A stretch of 63,795 nucleotides of DNA, the filler included, from Aduncisulcus paluster (taxonomy: Eukaryota): the NCBI GenBank assembly GCA_024181965.1. It is 7 parts of 7 records of this genome, joined end to end, with 100 filler letters (N's around TTAATTAATTAA, not from the genome) between each part and the next. Parts side by side here need not be neighbours in the genome. Positions count along the whole stretch, not along the records: positions 1 to 16,100 come from BQXS01012539.1; positions 16,201 to 29,995 come from BQXS01012542.1; 5 more parts are not named here. One strand, written 5' to 3'. The translations under genes were made by a program, and so were the position numbers. The notes beneath the pieces were generated by a model. It was given only the letters and a program-made list of their open reading frames with translations, was not told the DNA's origin and made no database searches. Position 1 is the stretch's first letter, and each line of letters starts with the position of its first letter. This document shows, piece by piece, positions 12,601 through 22,830 of this stretch.

Positions 12601-14322
12601 GATAAAAGGGATTCCCTACTGCCCAAGATCTATGACACTTACAAACGCATTCTTGAGAGAGGGAGTAAGAAGATGGTAAGGGCTGAAATTGTTATGTATT
12701 TATTAAAGTCTCTGAGAAACATGTCCTATTCCTCTTCTCCTAAAACTAAATCCTCAATTCTAACCCTCATAAAACCTTACATTGCAGATTGGTTTGAAAA
12801 GTACACAGATAGCGAGCGTTATGGAGAATGGATGACTATTCTATCCCACATCACAAGCAACAAAAAAACCTCCCCTATCCAAGCATTATGTTCTGAAGCG
12901 TGGCCTCTCTTCCACCCTGTTCTTGATGTTGTCAAGAGAGAATTCGTCGGTGATAAGATTGTTGAGGATAATCACGAAGAAGTTCTTGACTTTTTCGCCA
13001 ATTTGTGTTGCTGTCCATCACATGTTCTCAAACTCTATGATAATATTAAAGATCTCCTCGGCAACTGGTTTGAAGTTATAAAAGAAGCAAATAATATCCG
13101 AGGAATCAGTTGCTGGTCCAAACTGATTTCCATGTTCTCCAGCGTTTTATCGTTAGTTCCTAATATATCACCTAAATACGATGAAAGTATGGAGTATTGC
13201 TTTAAGAACAGAGAATTAAATCCATATCATGAAAAATATATCCGAAATTGTAACATAAGACTCAAATTGGTCGAGTTAATTGGATGTATTAAGAAATGTT
13301 CTGACTCCGAGTCAACTTCACAACTCTACCGTTTGCAAGAAAAAAACGTTCTTTCCGTCTTTTCCACATTTCAAACGAAAAAAGAGATAGCAAAACACAA
13401 ACAAGAAATAATATATTCGGTCCAATGTTTAGATTTGTTCGTGCATCATCAGTTTTCTGGAAAAAATATATGTCTTGATGCCCCTGATCTCAATAATCTA
13501 ATTGATACTTTCATCGATCAAATCTCAAAAGTTGAGGCAGTTCTTCAGGGAGATATCGATCAAGAATATTGTAGAATATGTGTACAATATTTTTATCACG
13601 CAAAAATTGAAGGAATTGAAAAATGTAAATCATTCATCCCCACCTTTCAACGTATACTTAAAAGGGGAAGTAGAAAGGGGAAATTGGAATCAAATATCGC
13701 TCGATATTTTCTCATGATCCTCAGAAATGTCTCCCATTCTCCTTCTTCGATCAAATCCTCTATTCTCACCCTCATCAAAGATTTCATTGGTAAATGGTTG
13801 AAGCTCTACAGATGCAGTCAGTGTGATGGACATTGGATGACTATATTGTCACATATAACAATTTCAAGTGATGCTCAATCTCCTGAAAAATCCCTCTGTA
13901 CAGAAGCGTGGCCTCTCTTCCACCCTGTTCTTGATGTTGTCAAAAGAGAATTTGTTGGTGATAAGATTGTTGAGGATGATCATGAAGAAGTTCTGTTATT
14001 TCTCGCCAATTTGTGTTGTGTGTCATCACACGTTTCTATCATTTTTGAACACGTGAAAGACTTTCTCGGTTCTTGGTGTCAAGCCGTATTAAGAAGAAAA
14101 CATAAATTGGGAATTCAATACTGTTCGAGGCTTATTTCCATGTTCTCCACAGTTCAAACCATTATTCCACAAATATCGCCAAAATTTGATGATACCATGG
14201 AATGGTGTCAAAATAATGGAGCTCTGATGATTGATTATGAGCGGTACCAAAAATCCAAGAGTTCATATTCAGATATCAAGAGATATTGTCTGGTAAACTC
14301 CTCAGGATGTTCAATACTTTAG
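9676..14322 (+). CDS. Lineage-specific Ser/Thr kinase with large C-terminal helical (ARM-like) repeats and a CaaX box
   Basis: Kinase motifs LAKGGFAQV, VQKKM, HRDIKPQN, SDLG, CGTLVYNSCE and SDAYSLG. These are followed by a poly-Glu tract, repeated EAWPLFHPVLDVVKREFVGDKIVED modules and a terminal CSIL. Confidence 0.9.
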   Translation: MEPHIEEKKQMPKLSTREYRDIRDELASLTLNSKTCITEKYILAKGGFAQVQLVTMGANKIFYVQKKMLKQGDKKAIVDCYKEFLTQLKLYENLKCLHRIPRPMYIFDLTDEHFRGEYGFIMEFCIGGNVKEFSRSWCIRDKSAKGSYGFKPKSNFERGGSGDSSPESDNVSEYDPLKVSALCVGMIECLADVFSAKPKFIHRDIKPQNFLVRAHPTNTNCTIVLSDLGLVRMPDSISSSFSNLSISSSTGDGIEDPSSHLNPNSRSSICGTLVYNSCEALEGIQSQESDAYSLGLTILTMFEGCNPFLQMTVLQSITSPILFAKKLKELIESNMGPKLSNSRLFRTLKTIEGGKFKPVYSCLNEVFQGLTKLDIDERMSVQEACEKVQSIKHLLPKIGEGWKCPSIDDIVKAQLAKHKGDTGSIVEGEEGEDISPITSSTKQDLEPELDVKFEDIWIPRVEAKTLALKASIVSLHRLGSPPTFEKLYQFLKQIFSEFTFSKRIVRISRRLFEFCFQHLLFLIMYPATRWNEPSKDDVELILDQSSTDKFIDTLLPSMIGVESILRKKPVKKERANEEEEEGEEEEEEEEEEEEEEEEEEEEEEERESEGEAEEGEAELNECRPPSESGVNSITATLFKILNVLTSSIMHTSPSCIPDIIYPKISSLISKMLSLGLSEILDASFVKDLLLTCRNIAFTKHNATKDALLTRLCPHILPWMKKYPDMKFFLLWTRILVLITNDEDNLKPHEGRSSQLWFVFDHVFAVLKDITSKGVTVDDETIISCLSLFTNLSCIPSQAKQLYDCIKGDLLDSWFAAVFKTMSGEEEEEGSGNWRSRYWFGLIAKLSAVPDIVPPQLSPKYDWIELRSTIKTCPDRQSTSNLYCITKYKILSFFLSFDSKSEIEKHQKEVILCVRCLDSFVQHHIGKVHIHLPSSELNNLIETFIDHLSSIEEVLESSVINEKYCGICLDCTYINTDKRDSLLPKIYDTYKRILERGSKKMVRAEIVMYLLKSLRNMSYSSSPKTKSSILTLIKPYIADWFEKYTDSERYGEWMTILSHITSNKKTSPIQALCSEAWPLFHPVLDVVKREFVGDKIVEDNHEEVLDFFANLCCCPSHVLKLYDNIKDLLGNWFEVIKEANNIRGISCWSKLISMFSSVLSLVPNISPKYDESMEYCFKNRELNPYHEKYIRNCNIRLKLVELIGCIKKCSDSESTSQLYRLQEKNVLSVFSTFQTKKEIAKHKQEIIYSVQCLDLFVHHQFSGKNICLDAPDLNNLIDTFIDQISKVEAVLQGDIDQEYCRICVQYFYHAKIEGIEKCKSFIPTFQRILKRGSRKGKLESNIARYFLMILRNVSHSPSSIKSSILTLIKDFIGKWLKLYRCSQCDGHWMTILSHITISSDAQSPEKSLCTEAWPLFHPVLDVVKREFVGDKIVEDDHEEVLLFLANLCCVSSHVSIIFEHVKDFLGSWCQAVLRRKHKLGIQYCSRLISMFSTVQTIIPQISPKFDDTMEWCQNNGALMIDYERYQKSKSSYSDIKRYCLVNSSGCSIL

Positions 14323-15423
14323 TTAGCTAAAGTTTAGTTTCTTATCCATGATTGCTGTCAGCTTAAGTTTTTCTTGGTTCTCTATATTCCATCCTTTCAA
14401 GTCTTTTTTTCATTTTATAAATATATTATAAAATTTATAATATAAATAGTTTTTATGTCGTTTCAATTAGTGTTATTTATTTATTTTTTTTTTTCAGTTT
14501 TGTTTTTTTTTCATCTTGTTTGTCTACAAATTGTACACAAGAATAACATTTTTACTGTATTAGTACTTTCCCAGAATCTGAATCTCATTTCATTTCAATA
14601 TTGTAATTCAGGTGTGAATCACACCGTATCGGGTAGATGACTCAAAAATAGTCTTAGATCAAGCCCAGATCATTTCTCATAGCTATCTTCCTTCTTTTCT
14701 CGTCTTTCTTGACATACCCTTCATAATATTTGAAGCTTTAGACGAACTCCACGTTCATTCAGATCAAAATAAAGCTTCCGCGCCACATCTGGTTAGTTCG
14801 ACAAAATCATATATGGATTTTCTCACGGATCTTTCCTCATCATAAGCACATCTTGAGAAGAAAATACTGCGGAGAAGTGTATTGATTCAATACTATTGAA
14901 GAAGAGAAGAGGGTATGAAGCGACGAGGAGTACTCAATGATGAACAACGAGAAACACCAGAATCCGCTTTTTCTTCCCTAAAGATTTGCTTGACTTCATT
15001 AGAATCTCGAATAAAATCACAATCCGCCTTTTCTCCAGAAATAACATTATACCACCAAATAACAGCTGGATTATGAGGTACTTCGAATTGCATTCCACAA
15101 CACACACGCCACAAGCGTATGAATATCCTTCCTTTTCTGTACAAAATGATGTTTCAATCCATGTAGCTTGGTATCATTTGATTTAGGCTGAGAATTGGCT
15201 TTAAAAGCATTCATTTTTAGTTGATATTATCTATTGTAGGCCATATAATGTCTATGTGAATAGAAATCAAGAAATTGGAAAAATAGAAACAGTTCTTGGC
15301 ATTTCACGAATACATAATAATAATAATAATAATACAAAACTTGAGCATGAACTTGATGTCACGGAAGAAAATAGAGATATGAACAATTTTGTGAGCAGAT
15401 CAACATTTTCAAATAAAAACCAA

Positions 15424-16100
15424 TCACTTCTCCTTTGACTCCTTTGATTCCTTTGAATCCTTTGACTCTTTGATGGAGTCTAAGCCCGTTCGTCCCTCAT
15501 ACTCCTCAAGCTGACGATGAATGTACTCCTCGATAGATGGACACTCCCATCCTTCTCCAACATGGGGAAGTAAATGCTTGATCTCATCTGTCAGTTTACG
15601 TGCATCATGGATCGTCATTCGTTTGGACTTGTCTGGCTCCATGATACCCTCGAAGGCTGCAAGAAGATTGTCATACACTGGCTTGAACTTTCCATCGCAC
15701 ATCGTCTTGAGTTCAAGGAAGAGCTCAGAGTCATCCAAACGTGGGAGCGTATCTTTGTCTGACATAAGATCTTTCAGTTTTATAATAAGTTTCCCATTGT
15801 AATCTTCATCAGACGGATCGATACTTGTCACTTGTGGATGACTCATGAATGGTTGTTCCATGTTGTTGAACAAAGACCATATCGTCAGGATGCATCCCCA
15901 TGTGTCACTGGCTTGAGAGTACCGTCCATGTTGAAGACTCTCGGGTGCATTGTAACACAGAGTGCCCACAATACAACGAGGACTACGACCACGTGGATCA
16001 GAGCCATCCTTGGGAGTTTCTGATGAGGACGAATCATCTGATCTGAGCGTCTGGAATGAACTCTGACGTGACATGGAATCATGGATCTCGACAAACCCAA
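15424..16100 (-). CDS. C-lobe of a lineage-specific kinase, 5'-truncated by the contig end
   Basis: Motifs VGTLCYNAPE, SDTWG, GKFKPVY and GEGWECPSI match the 9676 kinase. The frame is open to the contig edge (GFVEIHDSMSRQ). Confidence 0.85.
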
Positions 16101-16200
16101 NNNNNNNNNNNNNNNNNNNNNNNNNNNNNNNNNNNNNNNNNNNNTTAATTAATTAANNNNNNNNNNNNNNNNNNNNNNNNNNNNNNNNNNNNNNNNNNNN
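16101..16200. other. Artificial contig linker (N-TTAATTAATTAA-N)
   Basis: 100-nt spacer with stops in all six frames. The same linker occurs at 29996-30095, 47005-47104, 53177-53276, 56399-56498 and 59383-59482. Confidence 0.97.
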
Positions 16201-16201
16201 A

Positions 16202-16753
16202 GGAATGAGGAGGAGACTGGCAGTGGGAATGGCCTTGTGTGGAAATCCTGAGGTAATTCTTCTCGATGAACCCACCACGGGTCTCGATCCCCACAGTCGT
16301 CGTAAGCTATGGAATGCCTTCTTGCAGGCCAAGCAGAACAGATGCATTTTGATCACAACCCACTCAATGGAGGAGGCTGAGGCTCTCGCTGATCGTATCT
16401 TTATCATGAGTAGTGGAAGGGTGATTGCTGGTGGGTCTCACACTCACTTGAAGAACAGGTTCGACAAGGGTTCGAGGTTGGTCATGTCATGTCCTGACAC
16501 CACTCTTGCCACAAAGACAATCAAGGGACTCATCCCTGAGGCTGTCGTGAACAGCGTCGTGTCTCAAGTTATCGAATTTGACATCCCTGGAGACGTCATC
16601 AAGGGGCGTGTTGCAGGGTTGTTCGAGAAATTGGAGGCCCTGAAGACTTCAATTGGGGTCATCGATTGGAGTCTTAGTGGAACAACCCTTGAGCAGGTGT
16701 TCTTGGAGGTTGTGGCTGCAGCTGAAAAGGCTCAGAAGGACTCTGAAGAGTAA
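16202..16753 (+). CDS. ABCA-family transporter, C-terminal NBD and regulatory domain (5'-partial)
   Basis: Motifs GMRRRLAV, ILLDEPTTGLDP, TTHSMEEAEALADRI and TTLEQVFL. Confidence 0.93.
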   Translation, partial: GMRRRLAVGMALCGNPEVILLDEPTTGLDPHSRRKLWNAFLQAKQNRCILITTHSMEEAEALADRIFIMSSGRVIAGGSHTHLKNRFDKGSRLVMSCPDTTLATKTIKGLIPEAVVNSVVSQVIEFDIPGDVIKGRVAGLFEKLEALKTSIGVIDWSLSGTTLEQVFLEVVAAAEKAQKDSEE

Positions 16754-17014
16754 TAATTTCTTTTTACTGCATATTATATTGTATGTCCATCGATTTCCCT
16801 TTGGATTTCTCAATATAATTTATATTTTTTCTAATACAATTACCTTTTTAATTGTATTGTATCCGATTGAACTCAATTACAATTTTTTCCTCATTATATT
16901 GTTAATGAATTATGGTTCTTTTCTTAGATATTTTAGAAGCATTTTTTTATATAATCTATTTGTTCTCGCAATAAACTTGTATATACCATTAAGGGTTGAC
17001 TGATTTATGTGAAA

Positions 17015-18034
17015 TTATAGTACTGTATTGTACAATGAAATAACTTGATCTGATTGCTTCATTGAACTCAGTATTTCATCCTTCGTGGCACTTAGTTCCA
17101 TAATATATCCCCCGCCCATTTCTTCCTTCATCTCGGAACTTCCACCCTGCTTCACGACAGTCCCATGTGACATTAGAACAATATGATCACATAAATCCTC
17201 GGCGTCTCCAAGACTATGTGTTGAGAGAAGCACACAGCTACTTCCCGCAGCAACCTCAAGAACAGACAAGATGGAAGTCCTCGTGGCAGGATCAAGGCCA
17301 GAGCAGGGCTCGTCGGCAAGAACAATGGAAGGAATGGTTGACAACGAGCATGCAAGAGTGAGACGACGTTTCATGCCACCGCTAAGTTGCTTGGCAGGCT
17401 TGTCACAACTCGTGGCGAGACCAACAGATTTGAGAATGATCATGGCCTCATCTTGGGTCAACCTAACTCCATGAAGAAGAGAAAAGAAATAAATATGATC
17501 TGATTGCTTCATTGAACTCAGTATTTCATCCTTCGTGGCACTTAGTTCCATAATATATCCCCCGCCCATTTCTTCCTTCATCTCGGAACTTCCACCCTGC
17601 TTCACGACAGTCCCATGTGACATTAGAACAATATGATCACATAAATCCTCGGCGTCTCCAAGACTATGTGTTGAGAGAAGCACACAGCTACTTCCCGCAG
17701 CAACCTCAAGAACAGACAAGATGGAAGTCCTCGTGGCAGGATCAAGGCCAGAGCAGGGCTCGTCGGCAAGAACAATGGAAGGAATGGTTGACAACGAGCA
17801 TGCAAGAGTGAGACGACGTTTCATGCCACCGCTAAGTTGCTTGGCAGGCTTGTCACAACTCGTGGCGAGACCAACAGATTTGAGAATGATCATGGCCTCA
17901 TCTTGGGTCAACCTAACTCCATGAAGAAGAGAAAAGAAATAAATATGATCAATGGTGGAGAGAGTTGGCCAATATACATCTTGCTGAGGCGTCACAGCAA
18001 CTTTTCCTGTAATAATCAACTTTCTATCATTCAC
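17015..18034 (-). pseudogene. ABCA-type NBD fragment with no Walker A and a 150-aa internal duplication
   Basis: LSGGMKRRL, LADEPCSGLDP and STHSLGDAEDLCD each occur twice. An in-frame stop lies just upstream and no Walker A is visible. Confidence 0.65.
17046..17950. repeat. Apparently exact 450-bp tandem duplication with TGATC junction microhomology
   Basis: 17046-17500 matches 17496-17950, and identical shadow ORFs appear at 17167 and 17617. Confidence 0.95.
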
Positions 18035-18580
18035 TTAAATTAGGTGCTCATCCAAAGTATAAATCAGCGGTAACTTGTTCTTCTTCAGAATCTTGTCAGA
18101 GGCAAGTAGGAAGGATATAATCCTTCTAATCATCGCAGCAAAAAAGGGAATGATGAACATGGATTCCACAACCTTCTCAACATCCAAAATGGTCGCAATC
18201 CTAAAATATCACCTTTCTCATCCTATTTCCAAATTCTAATCAAACGAATCACATTTTGCTATTATTTTTTTGTATTTGTTTTAGTTATTAATATCATTGA
18301 ACATACGTGGAGAAAAATAATGACTCGGGGCAGAGCCAGAGAAGCCCATCAAAAATCTTCCTTAAAAAAAAAAAATAAAAGGGACCAAACATTGATTTTC
18401 ATGTTCAATAAGTTCAATCATTCATATTCGATCTATTTTCTCAAAATCAAGCAGAAATCATTCTGCATGAATTGAATTAATTTCTGGTTTTTGTCACTCC
18501 ACTATTAAGTATGTTTTCTCTTATGCATATTTGTTGATCGTTTTATGCATTTATCTTATTTTATTTCTCAACCCGTAGTC

Positions 18581-19339
18581 ATGTTCAGACGTGCTCTCGG
18601 TCGCCAACCTCCTCCACCTCCTAACCATGGCGGGCATCCTCCCCCACCCCCTCCCGGTCATCATCACCCCCATCCCCATCCCCATCCCCATCCTCATCCT
18701 CATCCTCATCCTCATCCTCATCCTCATCCTCCCCACCATGGTCCCGCTCACCATGGTGCTATGTGCCCCGTTTACTGGCCTGGATTCACCCCTATTCCTT
18801 TCGTCGGACCCATTATTTACCCTCGTCCCGCTCACCTCACCCTTGCTCCCTGGGGTATGACTAGCATGACCTTCGTCTTGCAAGAACGTTTCCAACATGC
18901 CAATGGTGAAATGGGTGCTGTTATCAAGAACGCTTATGGAATGCCTCTTATTAAGGCTTTCCACCGCTGGCCTGAGCACTTCACTCTTAAGGATGCTCAC
19001 ACCCATGTTCCTCTCGCTATGATCCAGAAGAAAATGCTTCGTTTGAAGCCTCATTATGCTGTCCAATCCCATTTAGGTGGCTGGGCTGGTAGTGGAGAGA
19101 TTGTTCATGACATGAGACTCATGCATAAGCATTACCACACCACTGGTCCTCTTGGTGCTCTTGAGGCTGATGGTAACTTGGCCGCTCGTACTTTCGTCAT
19201 TAAAGAAGGTGGTCACCCTGTTGCTCTTATCAACAGATGGCCCGGTTTCACTGACACTCTCTTCATCGAGATGAAACCTGGATACCGCCATTCTCTTATG
19301 GCTCTTGCTCTCGCTATGGTCATCGAGGCTGAAAACTAA
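18581..19339 (+). CDS. Pro/His-rich protein with a LURP-one/Tubby-C/scramblase-like beta-barrel domain
   Basis: An (HP)n N-terminus is followed by FTLKD, LAMIQKKMLRLKPHY, ADGNLAARTFVI, TDTLFIEMKPG and a terminal hydrophobic helix (LMALALAMVI), which fits this fold. Confidence 0.7.
   Translation: MFRRALGRQPPPPPNHGGHPPPPPPGHHHPHPHPHPHPHPHPHPHPHPHPPHHGPAHHGAMCPVYWPGFTPIPFVGPIIYPRPAHLTLAPWGMTSMTFVLQERFQHANGEMGAVIKNAYGMPLIKAFHRWPEHFTLKDAHTHVPLAMIQKKMLRLKPHYAVQSHLGGWAGSGEIVHDMRLMHKHYHTTGPLGALEADGNLAARTFVIKEGGHPVALINRWPGFTDTLFIEMKPGYRHSLMALALAMVIEAEN
18662..18732 (+). repeat. (CATCCY)n hexamer microsatellite encoding His-Pro repeats
   Basis: CATCCC and CATCCT tandem units are directly visible. Confidence 0.9.
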
Positions 19340-19665
19340 GGTTTATTGTAACTATTGTCAATATATCGCTTAACTATTTATGTTTTTGTCTTAATGATCT
19401 TAATAAATCTGTAGGTATTATCCAGACTCGAGACATATCGAATTGTTTACAATCAGCTACATTCATGTTGGCACATGAAGAAATATTAATATTAAAAATA
19501 TTAATTTTGATCAATATATATTTGAAATTTGGTTCAATTTCATCAGTTCAATGTCTAAATTCAAACATAATACAAAATATCGAATATTGTCTCATTGAAA
19601 ACATTCATAGATACAAAATCATATAAATTTCATTCTAATTTCTATTTTATTTTGGATTTTCCAAT

Positions 19666-22020
19666 ATGCATAAATCAAAAACTATTGCATCATTGTCTAC
19701 AGGAGATGGGCTTATTAGCTCATCATCTAAAAAGAAAAAAGGAAGACCATTTTATTCATCGCGAAAACCAGATAAAAAAACAATTACTCGAGCCAATTCT
19801 TTGAGATCTTCCTCATCAATTTCAGAGTTAGGGAGCAGGGATGGTTCCCCTCGTACCAGTTCCCTTACAACTTCTAAAAGTGTCAAAAATTTAAGAAAAG
19901 CTAGAGAAACAGCAGAAAAATATGTTGAAAGGGGTAAAATTTCAGATACTATTCGGCGGACGATAAAGAATGGACTTCGATTTAAGCATCACGTTGTTGA
20001 AGAGTTTAAAGATCCATACGGAGTGAGCCGTGGCATTCCTCTTGTCTCTATATCATCATCTTCCCTGAAGGAGCAGGCCCCAACGACAGCTGCTGGTGCA
20101 CTTTCCAGTTTCCGAAAAGAGGTGAAAGATCGTCATATTATTCAATCTAATACAGCAGACCATATTATTAAGGGTCGTCTTGACTCGATTTATGCACTGA
20201 AAGGGATGCAAGAGTCAGCTGTGTCATATATGAATGCAAAGTATGGAGCGAGAGCTCTGATTGCCAGTGGATTCCTTCCCCATCTGGCGCATGTCAACAT
20301 ACATTCTCCTTTAGTTAGTGAAGCCACTGGCCGTGTTGTTGTTGAAGATTACATACGTGAATTGCACCCTGAAATTATTGAAGGTCGTGCCCTTCGTGAA
20401 TCATTATCCGTCGGGAAAAAACACAAATATCATGATAAAGTAATATTTAATTCCCCCTCTACTCCTCTTGGATCCTTTGACGTTAATTATACCCCATCTC
20501 TCAACAAATTATCAGACGTCTATATGAGTATGCAAGCTCAGCGATCGAAAGTTAAGAAGCTCATTCGGGAAGAAGACGAAGGAATTCGATTATTTGAAAT
20601 GGAAGAAATGAAAGAAAAAGAAACAAAAAAGCATCATAAACCGTCTCGATCTACAAGGAGTTCGACAGTCTCACTTTCTTCTCCAAGTGTTTCTCACTCT
20701 CAACTCTCGCGAAAAGAATCATCTCTATCTCCTTCACCGCAGCCCAAAAGCCATGTTGATATTGCCGAAAGAAATCGATTAATGCGAGAGATGAGGCGAA
20801 GAAAAAGGATTATTATGAATAGTATCTTCAGAGATGATATCAAAAATGATGATGATAAGGAACCAAGCGATCCTGATCCACTTACATCTATCATTATCAC
20901 AGCTAGATCCGCAAGAGATCAATTGACTGAGAGACAGAAACTCAGCAAGAGGGGCGGAGTTCACCCTCTTTCTACAAAATATGACCATCAGACTCATCTC
21001 TCTACTCCTTCAGCTCGATCTGGCAGGGGTCCAAGTTCAGCCAGAGGTACAAATTCAGCAAGGGGTACAAATTCAGTAAGGGGTCTTTTCTCTGCCCGTG
21101 CTTCTGGACGTTCTGACCACTCTCCAAGGTCTGACGAAATTGATGAATACGAGGAATTGTCTGATGCTTATTCTGCTATGTTTTCCTCCCCATCTGAGAG
21201 TTCCGAGGCTGAAATATACAAGGAAGTATACGATGAAACCTCTGAGGATTTTAGGACACTCTCTCCCCGTGAAAAGGCTGTGTTAAAATGTCGCAAGAAA
21301 GAAAGAATTTACGATATGCGAAATCTTCGCACAAGACAGCTTGAAGAAGATTATAAACAAAGCTCAGAGGGGTTTGGAGCGTATTCTTTTATGTTAGATC
21401 GACCCATTCTCCCTGTTGTTGAACAATCCAAGGAAAAGAACAAGAAATATATTGAAATGAAGAGGAGGGTTGACAGAGTTGACGCTATGAAAAAGGGCAG
21501 GGAATTGCATAAAGCTGCTCTGGCTGAACGTAGAATGATGTTGCGAGCCAAAAAAGAAGAAGAAGAGGCCAGACAAGCGTCTTTGCATGATTCTCCGGAT
21601 GCCAGTGGTTTGGATCTTTCAATTCCCTCTTCTCCTCACTCTCCGAGAAGAGTTAAACTCTCTCCCAAAACGACCCATGATCTCTCTTTGAATCTCACAA
21701 AGCTGAAATCATCCAAGATGAAACTCTCCTCACTCTTCTCTTCACGGCTCAAAACTAATCGAATTCCTCATACTCCTCGCTTCTTCCCATACGCTTATGA
21801 GGAACCTCCAATGAAAGCTGAAGATTTGGAGAGCTCTGAAGAGGAGGAGGCGTATGATTATGGATATTACAGCGAATATGATCCATTCGAGGAAGACTCT
21901 GAGGAAGAAGAAGAAGAAGAAGGAACAAAAGGAAAAGAAGAGGAGACAGGAAGAACGAGCAAGGATTCGTCGAGAAATGAAAAAGGAAGAACGTTTTTCT
22001 GGGATTCCTCTAAGCCCTAA
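19666..22020 (+). CDS. Hypothetical low-complexity/coiled-coil protein
   Basis: 784-aa ORF with SARGTN repeats and an acidic tail. Confidence 0.75.
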   Translation: MHKSKTIASLSTGDGLISSSSKKKKGRPFYSSRKPDKKTITRANSLRSSSSISELGSRDGSPRTSSLTTSKSVKNLRKARETAEKYVERGKISDTIRRTIKNGLRFKHHVVEEFKDPYGVSRGIPLVSISSSSLKEQAPTTAAGALSSFRKEVKDRHIIQSNTADHIIKGRLDSIYALKGMQESAVSYMNAKYGARALIASGFLPHLAHVNIHSPLVSEATGRVVVEDYIRELHPEIIEGRALRESLSVGKKHKYHDKVIFNSPSTPLGSFDVNYTPSLNKLSDVYMSMQAQRSKVKKLIREEDEGIRLFEMEEMKEKETKKHHKPSRSTRSSTVSLSSPSVSHSQLSRKESSLSPSPQPKSHVDIAERNRLMREMRRRKRIIMNSIFRDDIKNDDDKEPSDPDPLTSIIITARSARDQLTERQKLSKRGGVHPLSTKYDHQTHLSTPSARSGRGPSSARGTNSARGTNSVRGLFSARASGRSDHSPRSDEIDEYEELSDAYSAMFSSPSESSEAEIYKEVYDETSEDFRTLSPREKAVLKCRKKERIYDMRNLRTRQLEEDYKQSSEGFGAYSFMLDRPILPVVEQSKEKNKKYIEMKRRVDRVDAMKKGRELHKAALAERRMMLRAKKEEEEARQASLHDSPDASGLDLSIPSSPHSPRRVKLSPKTTHDLSLNLTKLKSSKMKLSSLFSSRLKTNRIPHTPRFFPYAYEEPPMKAEDLESSEEEEAYDYGYYSEYDPFEEDSEEEEEEEGTKGKEEETGRTSKDSSRNEKGRTFFWDSSKP

Positions 22021-22830
22021 ACAAGTCAGACAATATCGTCTGAAATCTTTATCGAGAAAGAAATGAGAATTTTCAATGTCCATTCGATTCGGTATATTGG
22101 CGAGATTATAATTTATTGATTATTTTTCAATCAAAACACAGTAATTTTGTGGAAATTTAGCGGTATAAATAGATTTAATGGATCAAATCTATTTTTAGAA
22201 TTATAACCCCCCTTTCAACCAGTTCCATCTTAGGTTGATCTAATTTTTCTTCCCTGAATGTTTCTAAATCACCTAAAATTCGAAGAAGTTGTCAAATTTG
22301 TCACAAAATAACGAATTGGGATTGAAAATAAAACGTATAAAATTTATACTATAAATTGTTGATTGATCAAGACTCACTTGAACATAAACATTGACAAATA
22401 AATATATAGAATCTAGAATCTATAGATATTCAATAGATTTATACATTCATTCATTCTATCACTTATCACTACTGTACTATACTGTACCATTGAGTACTCA
22501 ATGATTGAGATGGTACTCGAAATAAAAATATAAAAATATAAAAAGACGACTTGAAAATAAAGAATAATATCAAAAATTCAATATCATTCATTGTAATGCT
22601 GAACAAAGAACATGAAAAAATAAAAATGAAAAAGGTAAAAAAAGTTTGTTTTTTAAAAAAAGCGAAGTATGGAATGTAATAAAAATAGAATGTAATAAAA
22701 ATAGAATGAGATATTGACAGTGAACAATACGAAATAAATTGAGAAAAAAAAAAAAAACTAACGAAAATAATAAAATAATATCAATAATAATAGCGGAAAA
22801 CAAAACATGATAAAACAATTCATGTAATAC

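Noticed and set aside
14640..15200. Coding-like sequence between the two kinases
   Set aside because: The frames I read are broken by stops and no family could be recognised. It may be a decayed gene but cannot be supported.
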